A stretch of 64,000 nt of DNA, from NCBI GenBank assembly GCA_051294375.1, contig CM119268.1:6429462-6493461 (forward strand), in the 5' to 3' direction. Positions 24,985-38,317 of this stretch are shown here, piece after piece. The notes under the pieces are model-generated. The model was not told the origin of the DNA. It made no database searches and saw only the letters and a list, made by a program, of their open reading frames with translations. Positions within the stretch are counted from its first letter, which is position 1, and every line of letters starts with the position of its first letter. The stretch comes from Paraspadella gotoi. Its lineage: Eukaryota; Animalia; Chaetognatha. Position numbers and translations under genes: made by a program.

Positions 24985-26240
24985 AGAGGGGGAAGAGGTG
25001 ACAAAGTTATGAGCGATATCTTCTAAAGCCAAGTGTAAAATTGTTGAAAAAATGGCGAGATAAAGCGACGAGGGCGACGAAATTGCGAAACGCGCCTTTC
25101 GAGAGAGGGGGAGAGGGGGCAGGGCGGGGGGAGAGGGGGCAGGGCGGGGGGGAATAGTAAAAAAGAGGGATGAAGGAAAAATGGAGGAAAGAGGAAGTCA
25201 AGATTTGACAGGTTTTAACCAGATGGTAATACGCAAGAGTAAAGCGAATGACGCAAAAGTCTCTGCAATTCCAAGCTCAAAAACAGAGGAATTGTCCGAA
25301 CTTTCCCTCTCGGTCTATTTTTAATTATTACAAAAGTGTTTTAAATTTTTATCATATCATATAGAGGATAGTTTTGTAACTTTTTCGCACCCTCGAGAAG
25401 ACATGGAACAGGTCCTGGCTTTGGACCGGAATAGGGAAGTAGTTAGGCCTCTTGGTAGGTACCTGGTTAGTTCAATTGTTCTAGATAGCTTTACTTACTG
25501 AGCACAGAGTCACGACTGAGCAAGCGTGATAAGTCAATAAACAGGTAGGTCACGAAAAGAGATGAAAGTTTTTTCTAATCTTTGGCCCATCAGAAACCAA
25601 TGAAGATCATTGCTCACTTCCAGGAACGACTCTCTACTCTTATACCAAAAAACAATTTTTTGATTATTTTATAAAAGAAAGAGAAAAGGTTAAAAGAAAA
25701 AAAAAAGGTTTCATAAAATGAAATTGAAACCAGCAATTTGGATCCGTTATATGCAAATAAGATTAAGAGCTCGTTCGATAAACTTCTCTATACGTTTTCT
25801 TTCATAGATATATCAGTTAATAAAAGTTATTTGTTTAACCAGGTTTAAAAGGCTTCAAAGTTTTATTGTGGGAAAGATATCTAAGGAAAACTTAAAAATC
25901 AAAGAAAGATAAAAACCAAATGATGTCGCGAAAGCGCACGACGTTGACGAGGATGTCTGATATGAAAAACCTTATAAATTTCTTGTGGTCATTTCAAAAA
26001 GAAAGGACTTTATAAAACGCCTCTTTATGATTGATACAATCTTCGTTCGTTTCTCTGCCTTAAAGTCTTTAAAACTTTGAAACAAATGTTTCTCACAGTT
26101 CATATAAATTTGATGTTTTACAGTAATTTTTGATGTTTTTGCACTGATCTATGCNNNNNNNNNNNNNNNNNNNNNNNNNTTCTGACGAAATGAAACGTTC
26201 AATTTTTGTTAAATAAAAAATATTTTACTTTTTAACTTAC

Positions 26241-26328
26241 CGGAGAGAAAATGATATGGAAGGTAAGGATATCCCACCAAGGATGAAAGTAGGGAGCGAA
26301 ACGATAGGAGCTGACATCTCCTCTCGAT
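26241..26328 (-). CDS. Candidate upstream or initiator exon of the MYT1-like gene
   Basis: acag acceptor and strong gtaagt donor. ATG at 26317 (MSAPIVSLPTF...) ends in phase 2, matching 17812-17882. All three frames are open, so the frame is uncertain. Confidence 0.4.
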
Positions 26329-26590
26329 CTGTTTTGTAAAAGGTCTTTTAAAATTGCTACAAATATTATGATAGCTTAGACTCAAATATTCTTTGAACTT
26401 TGGGATAAACTAATTGGGTATAAAACGGTGAAATTTATATTTTATATTTCAGAACACATTTTTAAAATATTATTAAAAACAAACTAAATCTTATGAACAT
26501 AATGAACAATATGAAATTAACTATGAAAAAAATGTTTTCAAAATATTCCTCACCGTGAATATGTTAAAACTATATTTTACAGCTGACTGA

Positions 26591-26619
<29 letters not shown>

Positions 26620-26621
<2 letters not shown>

Positions 26622-27143
26622 TAATCGCCTGTTTCTGAAATGTCTCATCATTTATCGGCCTCAGTAAACGTAAAAGAAATAGTTTCAGACAATTGCAACT
26701 GAGTCGTATTTCTTTTCTAGAAACAATCCCAGCGTCTACAATTAACTTTTCTTATTTTGGAAATTTTTTAAATACATAAAGATTCCATACTCAATAATAC
26801 TAAAAAAAGCGCGTCCAATTGTTTCATTTTTAAAGAAAACTAAAAACAAACAAACATAAACTAATAGCTCATAATTAATACATCTAATCTTTTATCGTCG
26901 ACACTTGTTACTTCCTCCCAAATTCACAAAAACTTTTGGCATGCATTAGAAATAAATTTAGTTTGTTTAATAAAAAATTCTAAAGCGTCTGGGTTAAGGT
27001 TATTGAGTTGCTAGGTTTACATAGGGTAAAGATAGGTTTTAGAGACATTACATTGGGTTAAGTACATTATGTGAGATACGGTATAAGGAATTAGCTGGGT
27101 ATATCTTAGAGGTATATATTAGAGGAATAGGATCTCTCTACTT

Positions 27144-27181
<38 letters not shown>

Positions 27182-27700
27182 TCGCCTGTTTCTGAAATGT
27201 CTCATCATTTATCGGCCTCAGTAAACGTAAAAGAAATAGTTTCAGACAATTGCAACTGAGTCGTATTTCTTTTCTAGAAACAATCCAGCGTCATCATTTA
27301 ACTTTTCTTATTTTGGAAATCTTGAAATACATAAAGATTCTGAACTTCATAAAACTAATTAAAAAAGTCGCCAATGTTTCATTTTTGACCAAAAGAAAAC
27401 TAAAAACAAACAAACATAAAAACTAATTAGCTCATAATTAATACATTAATCTTTTTTTATCGTATCGAACTTGTACCTCCTCCAAATTTCACAAAAACTT
27501 TTTGGTCTTGTTTTCCTAATTAGTCATTAAATTAGTTTTTAGGTTTAAAAAAATTGTTAAAGGTTTGGGTTAAGGATTAGTTTGAAGGTTAGGTTCGGAA
27601 TTAGGGTTAAAGATAAGGGTTTAGAGACATTACATTTTGGGTAAGTAATTATGGTTGAAGATTACGGATTAGGGGATTAGGGGATAAGAGGATTAGGGGA
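26620..27700. repeat. About 560-bp imperfect tandem duplication (26620-27130 vs 27179-27700)
   Basis: Both units start (CT)n-ttaatcgcctgtttctgaaatgtc and diverge progressively; close to the 25-N gap at 26155-26179. Confidence 0.75.
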
Positions 27701-27790
27701 TTAGGGGATTAGGGGATTAGGGTTTTAGGATTAGGTTAAGAATTAAGTTAGGGTTACCAATTAGGGTTAGACATTGGATTAAGGGTTTTT
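27565..27790 (+). repeat. Degenerate TTAGGG/(GATTAGGG)n telomere-like tract
   Basis: Several tandem GATTAGGG units at 27667-27722 plus scattered TTAGGG/TTAGG. Confidence 0.65.
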
Positions 27791-29319
27791 GAAACAGATT
27801 CAGATAAAATAATTAAGTCGAGGGAACAAGGAATAAAAATGTGGCGCTTTTCGAAAAGAGAGCCAACTTTTTTTCACTTGATTTCTTTTCATCGACCTTA
27901 AATTAAAGCCTCTTTTAACGACTAAAAGTCATTTTTCGTTGAGCGAAAAAAAGACGCTTTAACGGCATCTCATAAGTTTACGATACAATGATTAACATTT
28001 AAAGACGAAACGATAACAATTTTTTCAGTCGATTGGTATCTTATGTCCAAAAAATTGGTATTATATTTCTCAGCCCCTTCTTTTTCTTATTTTATCATAA
28101 ATAGCAGGTCGTTTGTCGGGTCGATTGCCCGGTCAGTTAAATCCCGTTGTATGTCTGGTCAGATTATACGTTCGTTTATAGGTTATAATATAACTTATAT
28201 TCGTTTTAGTGTAGTTTTATTGTAATTTGAGTTATTCTTTGTTGTTACTTCAATTGATACTTCTAAACGCCTCATCGTTAATGAAGTCTAGGGATTTATA
28301 TTATTTAAATTATAAATTTTTAAGACTAAAAAAACAGACGAAAAAAAAAAACTGAAGAAAAAATTACCTGGTCCTGAAGCTATGGTAACGTAATATGAGT
28401 CAAAAGAGTCGAAAAGATAGATGGAACGAAAGATCGATTGATTGATTTAATTGACAAAACTTTTTTCGATTGGCAGAACCGATGTTGATGATTGTCTTCG
28501 CGCTAAATATTTTTTTTTCGCTTTCGTTCGTCGCGACGTCGAACGTCGACAAAGAAAAACCGGAAATGAAATCAAAACAGTTTTTTTTTGTTGTCGTCAT
28601 CGACGTCGTCGTCATCGTCGCCGTCGCCGTCGGGATTCACAACGGGGCGTCGATTCATCGTGGACACGCCTCCTCCTNNNNNNNNNNCTCTTCCTCCGTC
28701 TTTTGATTAACTCTCTCTTTCTTCTTCTCTTCCTCTCTCTTCTCCGGCGATTCTCCTCCGCGTCCGAATTCCAGAATCAAAATCTTTCTGATCGCTTCGC
28801 TCGATCCAAGATGGCCGCCGCGATTTGATCTTATTTGAACTGATTTCGAGGCCCGATCCCATATATCGCTGCCGTGATTTTGGGAGATCGAATGAGTATG
28901 TTTTAGAGACAAGGGCAAAGGGTGAGACCCTTGACGTGGGCTTTCATCATTCCGGAAGGATATATTCATAAGGCATAGATTTAAGATTTAAGTATTTAAG
29001 ATTTAATGTATTTTAAATCTTGAGCTTCTTAGCAGCATCTTTCGCGCAAATTTTAATCTCTTAATTACAATGGACAATTAAAGTCTTTAATTCAATTGTT
29101 AAAGTCTTGCTAGTCCAGCTGACATTGCGTTAGCTAATTTAGAAGAAAACCAAATAACCATTTAACCAAGCTTTACTAAACTGACTCTAAGTACTTAAGG
29201 GGACAATGAGCAAGATTAGCGATAGCGCAATGGAACCTAGAAAGTGACCATGTGCCTTTGCGGTAGAAGACGAAGATTGATGCCTTCTGTATATGAAAAT
29301 AGATACGGCAATGCGACCA

Positions 29320-29580
29320 TGCGCGCGCAAAGAGCCATGTTTGAGCTGTGCGCAATGTCGGCGACGGCCGTGCGCATGCTTACCTATAAGGTCGCACTCA
29401 ATGACTTGCCGACGGCGGCCCGTGCGCACGCTATATACAAGTTGCTATTATAAATGATCCACCACTATGCAACGAAAATGCAAGGAAGTCTTTCCGTAAT
29501 TTGCACCCTTTGACGCTGCGGCGATGACCTGCGCGCAGTGCGCACGCGATGAGCGCCCAGGCGACGGCCCGTGCGCACTC
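29320..29580 (-). promoter_or_regulatory. CpG-rich cluster of TGCRCNC (MRE-like, also NRF1-like) motifs
   Basis: At least seven TGCRCNC cores; three read TGCGCACGG(C/G)C on the - strand (about 29365-29376, 29417-29428, 29566-29577). Confidence 0.35.
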
Positions 29581-30893
29581 AATGAGCGCGCCTCGGTCGC
29601 GATCGCGACAAACTCGGCGGAAGAAGAAGAAGAAAAGGCGCAAGTTTTACGCCACTTTGACGTCGTCATGGAAACCGGGAGGAGGAGGAGGAGGAGGAGG
29701 AGGGGGAGGAGGAGGCATTTAGAGAGTTATACTCGGAAGAAGAGTTAAGGAGGAAGAGAAAAGAATCGGCGAAAGATAATTTTGTTTTTTGGTTTTTGTT
29801 TCGGAGAAGAAGTGAAAGTCCGAAGGGAGAAGGAGGAGGAGGAAGAGGAGGAAAGGGAAGAGGAGGAGGAGTATGAGGAGGAAGAGGAGGAGGGGGAGAG
29901 TTTTGTTTTTTGACGTGTGAAAGTGAAAGTCCGATGAAAAGTCGGTAAAAGAGGAAGAAGACGAGGAGGAGGAGGAAAAAGGAGGAAAGAAGAAGAGGAG
30001 GAGGAAAAAAAGGAGGGAGGATGAGAAGGAGGTGGAAGGAGAAGGAGAAGAAGAAGAAGGAGAAGAAGAAGAAGAAGGATTTGAGAAGGATTAAGAATAA
30101 GACGGAGGAGAGACGCTTCCGAGGAAAGTATAGATTATTTGTTGTAAGAGAGACGGGGAGAAAAAAGGATTAATTTTTAAATGAAAAAAAAAAATTACGT
30201 TTGAAATGAATAAGTTGTACTTTCCTTGATGAATTAGAAAGTAGGATCTACTGTGCTCCAGCATCTTCTTATTTAAAATAGGAATCTAACGTCTCTATTG
30301 TTTTTACTTTTGAGATCAGGTTTGTGGTGCAGTCATGTGCCATGTCAAGAGATGATTGTGATGCAATAATGTGCCTTGTCATGCGGCAACATGTACCGCA
30401 GTACAAACCTCACAAACTCTTCGCATACGAATTACACTTTTGACTCTGACAGATCGTTTAATTGGTGGCAGCTGTGAAAATTCACAAACACAATTAGAAA
30501 ATATCCATTTATTTTTTTATTTGACGGTAAAGTTTACTAAATAATTTGTAATATTCAAAACGCAGGCACAAGAAACAACAAATAAAAAAGCCCTCTATTG
30601 AGTGGTCAATTTTTTTAACGACCACAAATTCGAATGATTACATTTATTAACGAACGTAAGCGACTTTAATGGAAAGACAAAAACGGAATTCGATAAAACG
30701 GGAAAAATCTAAATAAATTCAATTCGAATTTTCTCACTGAAAAATTAAAATGTGACGAATTTAGAAAAACAAAAAAAAAATTGGATTTCGTTCTTGAGGA
30801 CGTTACTCTATTCATAAAAAAAAAAATTTCACTTGTGATTGCAAAAAAAAAATCCTTATTTCGTGATTTTTTTCCCTTCCCTCTTCATCGCTG

Positions 30894-30990
30894 CCGCCAT
30901 ATTTAAATTCAATTATTCGCGGTGAATGTGAAAACAAGTCACGTGATCACGATTGTCGTCGTGGACATCACGTGACCAAGAAATTTGCAT
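30894..30990. promoter_or_regulatory. Promoter/enhancer-like motif cluster: YY1-like site, two TCACGTGA E-boxes, octamer
   Basis: gccgccatattt (30894), gtcacgtgat (30938), atcacgtgac (30967) and atttgcat (30983) within 100 bp. Confidence 0.35.
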
Positions 30991-31782
30991 GTTGACAAGG
31001 AAAAATACTCCGCCAACTAATTCCCAGCCATGGCTCGCTCTCTTTTTTATTTTCTATAACTCTATGGTGTCTCTCTTTCTCTCTCTCTTGCTCTCTCTCT
31101 CTCTCTCTCTCTCTCTCNNNNNNNNNNNNNNNNNNNNNNNNNCTCTCTCTCTTGCTCTCTCTCTCTCTCTCTCTCTGCGACTAATTCAGACTATACATTT
31201 ACTAAACTATACCAAACTTTTCTACTTCTTTTCTTTTCTACTTTTTCACTAAAATACGAGATAAAAAAACTAACCTAAGCTAAAAAATATTTTTTTATTG
31301 ATACCGTTGCTGTTTTTCTATTTAACAATTGTGTTAATATCGTTTTTGTTATTAAAAAAAAAACAAACAACAAAACTATGTAGTAGTTCTACTAGAAAAA
31401 CTATCAAAAGCGCATATTATACTGCTCAAATACAACATTTATAAATGACGAAGACGAGTCCAGTGACCCGCGCGACGCCTGGCGATTGCAACATAAGTTG
31501 TCGCGCTTTTTTTTTAAAAAAAAACACAAAAAACTCAGAGCCTTTTGTTTTGATTTTTTTTCGTGGTCACAAACAATGAACAAGAGAAGGGGGGGGGGAG
31601 AAAGAGAGAGAAAAAGTGAAGGAGAATGAGAAAAGAGATAGAAAAAAAAAAAAAAAAAAGAAAAGAGAGAGAGAGAAGAGAAAATTGGTCTTTTGTTTTC
31701 GCGCGAGAATCTGTGACGGAACATAATTGGTTGACAAACGACGACGTCGCTCGATGATTGGATGAACGATGAGTCCAAATCG

Positions 31783-31860
<78 letters not shown>

Positions 31861-31925
31861 CCTCCCTCCTTCCCTCGCTCTATTTGTGAAATTAACAGAA
31901 AAAGAGGAGAGAAAGTGAAGAGAGA

Positions 31926-31957
<32 letters not shown>

Positions 31958-33199
31958 AACAGACAAAAGAACACAACAGATGAATGGACTTTCTAATTAA
32001 CTCTCTTTTGTGGTTAGCTAGACTTATTGTAATCGTCGTGGCTCTTTGTTACGATACGACCAGAGTTTGTTTTGTCGTCCTCGCGTTCGTCGTCGTCGTC
32101 GTCGTTGTCGTTGTCGCGTCGGCATTGTTCCAGGATTCATTGATAAATATCGCGTTTAATTTACATACATTTTTAAAAAAAAGCTAAATCCACTTCAAAT
32201 TTTGAGTTTTCTTCACTGTATTAATTAATACTATTATAGAGAAAATTTACTTTACTTGTGAATTAACTTTGACCGGCGTCTGTTCCTATTTTGGCATTTT
32301 TCTAATTCATATTTTCGTCGTCGTCGTCGTCGTCGTCTTCGTCGTCATCCTCCTTCAAGTTGCGCTCGTTTCCGACGACGTTATCGTCACGGACAAACGT
32401 CTCGTTGTTTGTAGTTATTTTGGCCGCGTGGTCATTCCCTCCATTTTCGCTCCGTTTCCCATTATCACTTACCCTCGACTCACCTTCTCCTTTCCTCCCT
32501 CCCCCCCTTCTTCCTCTCCTTCCTCGTTTCAAGTCCATAATCTTCTGCTGTCGAAACAAAACGACTTCTTCGCGACGACGACGACGACGACGACGACGAT
32601 AACGACGACGACTTCTCCTCTTCGACGTTGCTCTTTTTTTTTTCACAAGAGAAAGAAAAAGAAAAAGAAGAAGAAAGAGAAAGAGAGAGAAATTCTATGA
32701 ACCGGAAGAATAAAGCATCCGGCGAGAAGGCATCGGGGCGGGAAAGGGTGGTGGGAGGTGGTGGGATGGGAGGTGGCGGGTGGGTCGGGATGAATGGAAC
32801 CCGAGTGGGATTGATCAGATGAAAACTATAGGAATCCACGTTGAGATTTTACGTCAATATTTTACGACAAATCAATGAGGTTAAAGATGAAGAAATAAAG
32901 CTATTAAGCTTTAAAGATTAGTAGAATTGGTGGAAATATATCCAGCCATTCCCCTCTTTTTGTTTGCCCCTTCCACAAGCCGACCCCTCTTCACCCCAAC
33001 GCGCCCGTCCACGCGAGCTCCAAAACTGACCCTTTAACGTGTTTTTCACGGGGCATCGGAGTCACCATAAAAGGGACCTCAAACGATCTTTTCTTCTGGA
33101 TGTCTTAGACGTCGTCGTCGTCGTCATAGTCGTCGTCGTCGTCGACCGAAAAGAAACACCGAAAGTGACTCTATGACGTCGGCGACGGAGGTGGAGCCG

Positions 33200-33505
33200 C
33201 CTTGCGGTGACTAGCGGCNNNNNNNNNNNNNNNNNNNNNNNNNNNNNNNNNNNNNNNNNNNNNNNNNNNNNNNNNNNNNNNNNNNNNNNNNNNNNNNNNN
33301 NNNNNNNNNNNNNNNNNNNNNNNNNNNNNNNNNNNNNNNNNNNNNNNNNNNNNNNNNNNNNNNNNNNNNNNNNNNNNNNNNNNNNNNNNNNNNNNNNNNN
33401 NNNNNNNNNNNNNNNNNNNNNNNNNNNNNNNNNNNNNNNNNNNNNTTGGCGGTGACTGGCGGCCATTGGCGGCGACTGGCGGACATTGGCGGTGACTGGC
33501 GGGGA
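33200..33505. repeat. 10-bp GC-rich tandem repeat (TGGCGGTGAC-like) collapsed into a gap
   Basis: tggcggtgac tggcggccat tggcggcgac tggcggacat tggcggtgac after the gap; a similar unit precedes it. Confidence 0.8.
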
Positions 33506-35014
33506 AGTGAAAGTGAAGAACGTTTGATAAAGAAGTGGCGGGGAGTTGGATTTAATCTGGCGAAGTGGTCATAGATTGCCAATTGGCCATGGATTGCAAG
33601 ACATTGTCAGCGATGGCCGTTGGTCATCCGTGGCCAGCGATTGTCGGCAGTTTTCANNNNNNNNNNNNNNNNNNNNNNNNNNNNNNNNNNNNNNNNNNNN
33701 NNNNNNNNNNNNNNNNNNNNNNNNNNGAATAGAATAGAAATTTTCTATGGAATAAAACTTTATTAATGATATATATAATATAATTTAAAAGTTATAAAAG
33801 CAACGTTTCATTGTTTTTACAATTGACGTATTCAAAAGAAAAAAAAGATTGGTCACATCCTCCTCCTCCTCCTCTTCCTCCTCCTCCCCTCCGTCCTCCC
33901 CCCTTTAACTCTAAAAACATCCAGGTTCGGATTTTATGGGAATTTTATTGAGACGCTTTCAACGAGATCGCATTTACGAGAGGATTAGACCCTTTTTATA
34001 CGAGGCCGACGCCGCCGTCGGCTTCTTAGATCTTGGTCAGCTTTTCCCGGAATTTCCTTTGGCCGCTTGCGTGGTCGGGTGTTAGCGTCTGGGTGCTTGG
34101 TTAGTATTTTTAAGGAGGTATATTTAAAGTAGAATTGCTTCATTTGTATCGACTTCAGTTTTTTTTTGGAAGAAGTTTGGTTGTATGGAATATAGAACCA
34201 ATTACAATATAAAAATATCCAATCATCCATTCATTTGATAAATAGGCTAGCTTGCTCTGACTTTAAACAGGCTACGGTATTTTAAGGCCTGCATCAATAT
34301 GATTTTACATTCATTAAATGAATAAAATAGTCAAAAAAAGATATTTTCCCGCCGTTGTTTCAGAAATGGGCTGATGGTCGGAAGCCTCACAGAGAAAAAT
34401 GCTGGGTGAGGGTCATTCTCTCGCGCCACCTTCTCGCGGGTCTTCGCAACATTTTTATCTCTTTTGTCTTTTTCGCCGCCGCCTCCGCCGCCGCTGCCGC
34501 CGCCGCCTTGCCCCTAAAGATGGTTTGACCCTTGGACGGAAGAACCCATAACTCGGTTTGACCTTTTGGCAACGACGACGACGACGATAGCGGCGATGGC
34601 GCTACGAAGAAAGCGGAAATGGGCGTCGACCGGCCGACGCCTAAACGATGAGCGCCACGCCGCCACGCCCCCTTTTCTAAATGACTCGGGGCGATGGTGA
34701 CGATGATGATGTCGATAACTGTGATGATGATGATGATGATTATAATCGTAAAGAAAAATTAGACGGTGATAATGATAAACATAATGATCATGATTCCATT
34801 TTAATGATATTAATGACGAGGAAGAATTTTGAAATAAAACTCTTCAAAACTTTGTTTACGAATCCTAATGCCTAATGGTTGAGTAAATAAAAAATGAGAA
34901 AAATATTTTCATTAGCCAGACTTCACGTCATTCTAATTTCATTTTCAAATTACTGTGACCTAAGATCGGTACTTGGTTCATATGCGTCTTGAGTCATTAT
35001 CTAAAATTTATTAT

Positions 35015-35252
35015 GGCATAAGGCGGGTTGCCTGTGATGCCCATTGGGATGTGGCATCTCACTGTTGGCTTTGGGGGCTTCAGACCCTCAGTGACGCCTC
35101 CTGTCACTGGCGGGGTTACCCTAGGACGGTCTCGCTTTGCCAACGCAGATGGAATTTTGTGAATGTGAATGTGAATGGAACGTAACGCTTGAGATTATAC
35201 GTTCCCTCTCTGAGCCAATGATGGAAGTGAGGCGATGTGAATATACCGTCAC
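35015..35252. repeat. Second copy of the dispersed structured repeat
   Basis: gggttgcctgtgatgcccattg...aatataccg shared with 46953-47185; a further copy at about 37175-37425 belongs to the artefactual duplication. Confidence 0.75.
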
Positions 35253-35569
35253 AATATTTTTATTTCAGCTTCAATGTCCTCAAATTAAAATAAAGTCGAG
35301 GAATTAGAGGCAACGAATGTACATTGTACATTCATACATTCATTCATTCATTGTACATTGTACATAGTGACCAACTATCGCAAGAAATACCACGACGGGT
35401 GGCTTACGACGCCGACGCCTCTTTTACCCAGCGGCGCCCCTGAACACTCCCGTGGCGCCGCCAATTTCCTAGTCGGCGGCGACGAGTTGAAAACGCCGGC
35501 GCTGCGAAGGCGAGATAAAGTGATCAACAAAATGATAATGAGATATTGTTTTTCGAGAGAAAAACAAAT

Positions 35570-35604
<35 letters not shown>

Positions 35605-36039
35605 NNNNNNNNNNNNNNNNNNNNNNNNNNNNNNNNNNNNNNNNNNNNNNNNNNNNNNNNNNNNNNNNNNNNNNNNNNNNNNNNNNNNNNNNNNNNNNNN
35701 NNNNNNNNNNNNNNNNNNNNNNNNNNNNNNNNNNNNNNNNNNNNNNNNNNNNNNNNNNNNNNNNNNNNNNNNNNNNNNNNNNNNNNNNNNNNNNNNNNNN
35801 NNNNNNNNNNNNNNNNNNNNNNNNNNNNNNNNNNNNNNNNNNNNNNNNNNNNNNNNNNNNNAAAAAAAAAATTGAAAAAGAAAGAAAAATAAAAGGGAAA
35901 CTCGGAAGCGAAAGGAGATGAAGGGAGAAATGATGGTCGCCGACGCTTGAGGGAGTTGGGGAGGAGAGGGAGACGGGAGAGAGAGAGAGAGNNNNNNNNN
36001 NNNNNNNNNNNNNNNNAAAAAAAAAAGGAGCTAGAGATC

Positions 36040-38160
36040 ACCAGGTTCGGATTTATGAGGAATTTTATTGAGACGCTTTCAACGAGATCCGCCATTTAAA
36101 CGAGAGGAATTAGAACCCTATGTTGATACGAGGCCTCCGACGCCGCCGTCGCTTCTTAGATCTCTGGTCCCAGCCTTTCTCCGGAATTTCTGGCCGCCTT
36201 GCGTGGTCGGTGTTAGCAGTTGGGTGCTTGTTAGTATTTTTAAGGAGATATATTTAAAGTAAGAAATCTGCTTCATTTGTTATCGACTCTCAGTTTTTTT
36301 TTCTAAGAAGTTTGGTTTATATGAATAAAGAACCAATTACAATATAAAAAATATCCATCATATCATTCATTGATAAAATAGGGCGAGCTTCGCTCTGACT
36401 TTAAACAGCCTACGGTATTTTAGGCCTGCCATCAAATGATTTTACATCATTAAATGAATAAAATAGTCCAAAATAAAAGACATTTTCGCCGCCGTTGTTC
36501 AGCAATGCTGATGGTCGGAAGCCTCACAGGAAAAATGACTGGGTGAGGGTCTTCCGTCGCGCCACCTTCTCGCGTTGTCTTCGCAACCATTTTATCTCTT
36601 TTGTCTTTCTCGCCGCCGCCTCGCCGCCGCTGCCGCCGCCGCCCTTGCCCCTACAAGAGGTTTACCAACCTTGGACCGGAAAGAACCCATAACCTCGGGT
36701 TTGACGCTTTTGGCCAACGACTGAACGAGACGATAGCGGCGATGGCGCCTACGAAAGAAAGCGGAAATGGGCGTCGACCGGCCGACGCTCTAAACGATGA
36801 GCGCCAACGCGACCGCCTACGCCCACCTTTTCTACTAAGTGACTCGGGCTGATGGTGACTGATGATGATGTCGATAACTATGAGATGATGATATGATTTG
36901 ATTATTAATAACGTAAAAAAAATTAGACGGTGATAATGATAAACATAATGATCATGATTCCATTTTGAATGATACTTAATGACGAGAAGAATTTGAATAA
37001 AACTCTCAAACACTTTGTTTACGATCCTAGATGCCTAATGGTTGAGTAAATAAATAATGAGAAAAATATTTTCATTAGCCAGACTTCACGCATTCTAATT
37101 TCATTTTCAAATTACTTACCTAAGTCGGCTGGTTCATATGCGATCCTTTGAGTCATTATTCTAAAATTTATTATGGCATACAGCGGGTTGCCTGTGATGC
37201 CCATTGGGATGTTGGCAATCTCACGTTGGCTTTTGGGGGCTTCAGCCCCTCAGTTGACGCCTCCTGTCACTGGCGGCGGTTACCCTAGGACGGTCTCGCT
37301 TTGCCACACGCAGATCGGAAGTTTTTGTGAAGTGAATGTGAAATGGAACGAACCGTTTGGAGAATTATACGTTCCCTACTCTCTGAGCCCATGATGGAAG
37401 TTGAGGCGATTGTGAATATACCGTCACAATATTTTTTACCTTTCAACTTCTCAATGTCCCAAATTAAAATAAAGTCGAGAATTTAAGTATTTACTAATTA
37501 TAGTACATTCAGACATTCAGTTCATCTCATTGTACAGTTTGTGACATACGTGACCAAACTATCGCAAAGAAATACCTTTTTATCGAACGGGTGGCTTACA
37601 GACGCCGACGCCCTCTTTTACCCAGCGGCGCCCCTGAACCACTCCAGTGGCTAGGCCGCATTTCTCTAGTCGCGGCGACGAGTTGAAAACGCCGGCGCTG
37701 CGAAGGCGAGAATAAAGTGATCAACAAAAAATGATAATGCAGATACACTTGTTTTCGAGAGAAAAAACAAATCATAAATCTCTCTCTCCTCTCTCCTCTC
37801 TCTCTCTCTCCTCTCGTCTCTCTCCTCATCTCTCTCATCTCTCTCTCTCCTCCTCTCTCTCTCTCTCTTCTCTGACGCGAACGCCAATCGCCCGACGGAC
37901 AATTTTAAATTTTTCTCTCTTAAGTATAAACGAAAAAATCGCCTGAGAATCGAGGAAATTAAAAAAAAACAAGGAGTTGAAAATATATATAATGGAGGAG
38001 CATAAATAAAAAACCGAGAAATTAAAAAAAAATTGAAAAAAGAATATATAATATATAATAAAAGGGAAACTCGAAGCGAAAGGAAGAGAAGGGAGAAATG
38101 ATGGTCGCCGTACGCTTGGACGGGAGTTGGGAGGAGAGGGAGACGGAGAGAGAGAGAGAG
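36040..38160. other. Noisy tandem copy of about 33920-35991; probable assembly artefact
   Basis: Colinear and indel-rich; follows the 25-N gap at 35992-36016. Confidence 0.8.
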
Positions 38161-38283
38161 GTAGGAGAGGGAGAAGGAGGGAGGGAGGGAGACGAAGAGG
38201 GAGGATGGGGAGGAAGAGATGAGGGACAGCGAGAAAAGGAAAAATAAAAGTGAGGGAGGAAGAGAGAAAGAGAGAGACGAGAG

Positions 38284-38317
<34 letters not shown>

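Noticed and set aside
25106-25152. G-run cluster able to form a G-quadruplex or GC boxes
   Set aside because: Such purine-rich tracts are common throughout the window; no specific evidence of function
30300-30480. Cys/His-rich-looking island, possibly a transposon zinc-finger remnant
   Set aside because: Stops interrupt the candidate frames and I recognise no family with confidence
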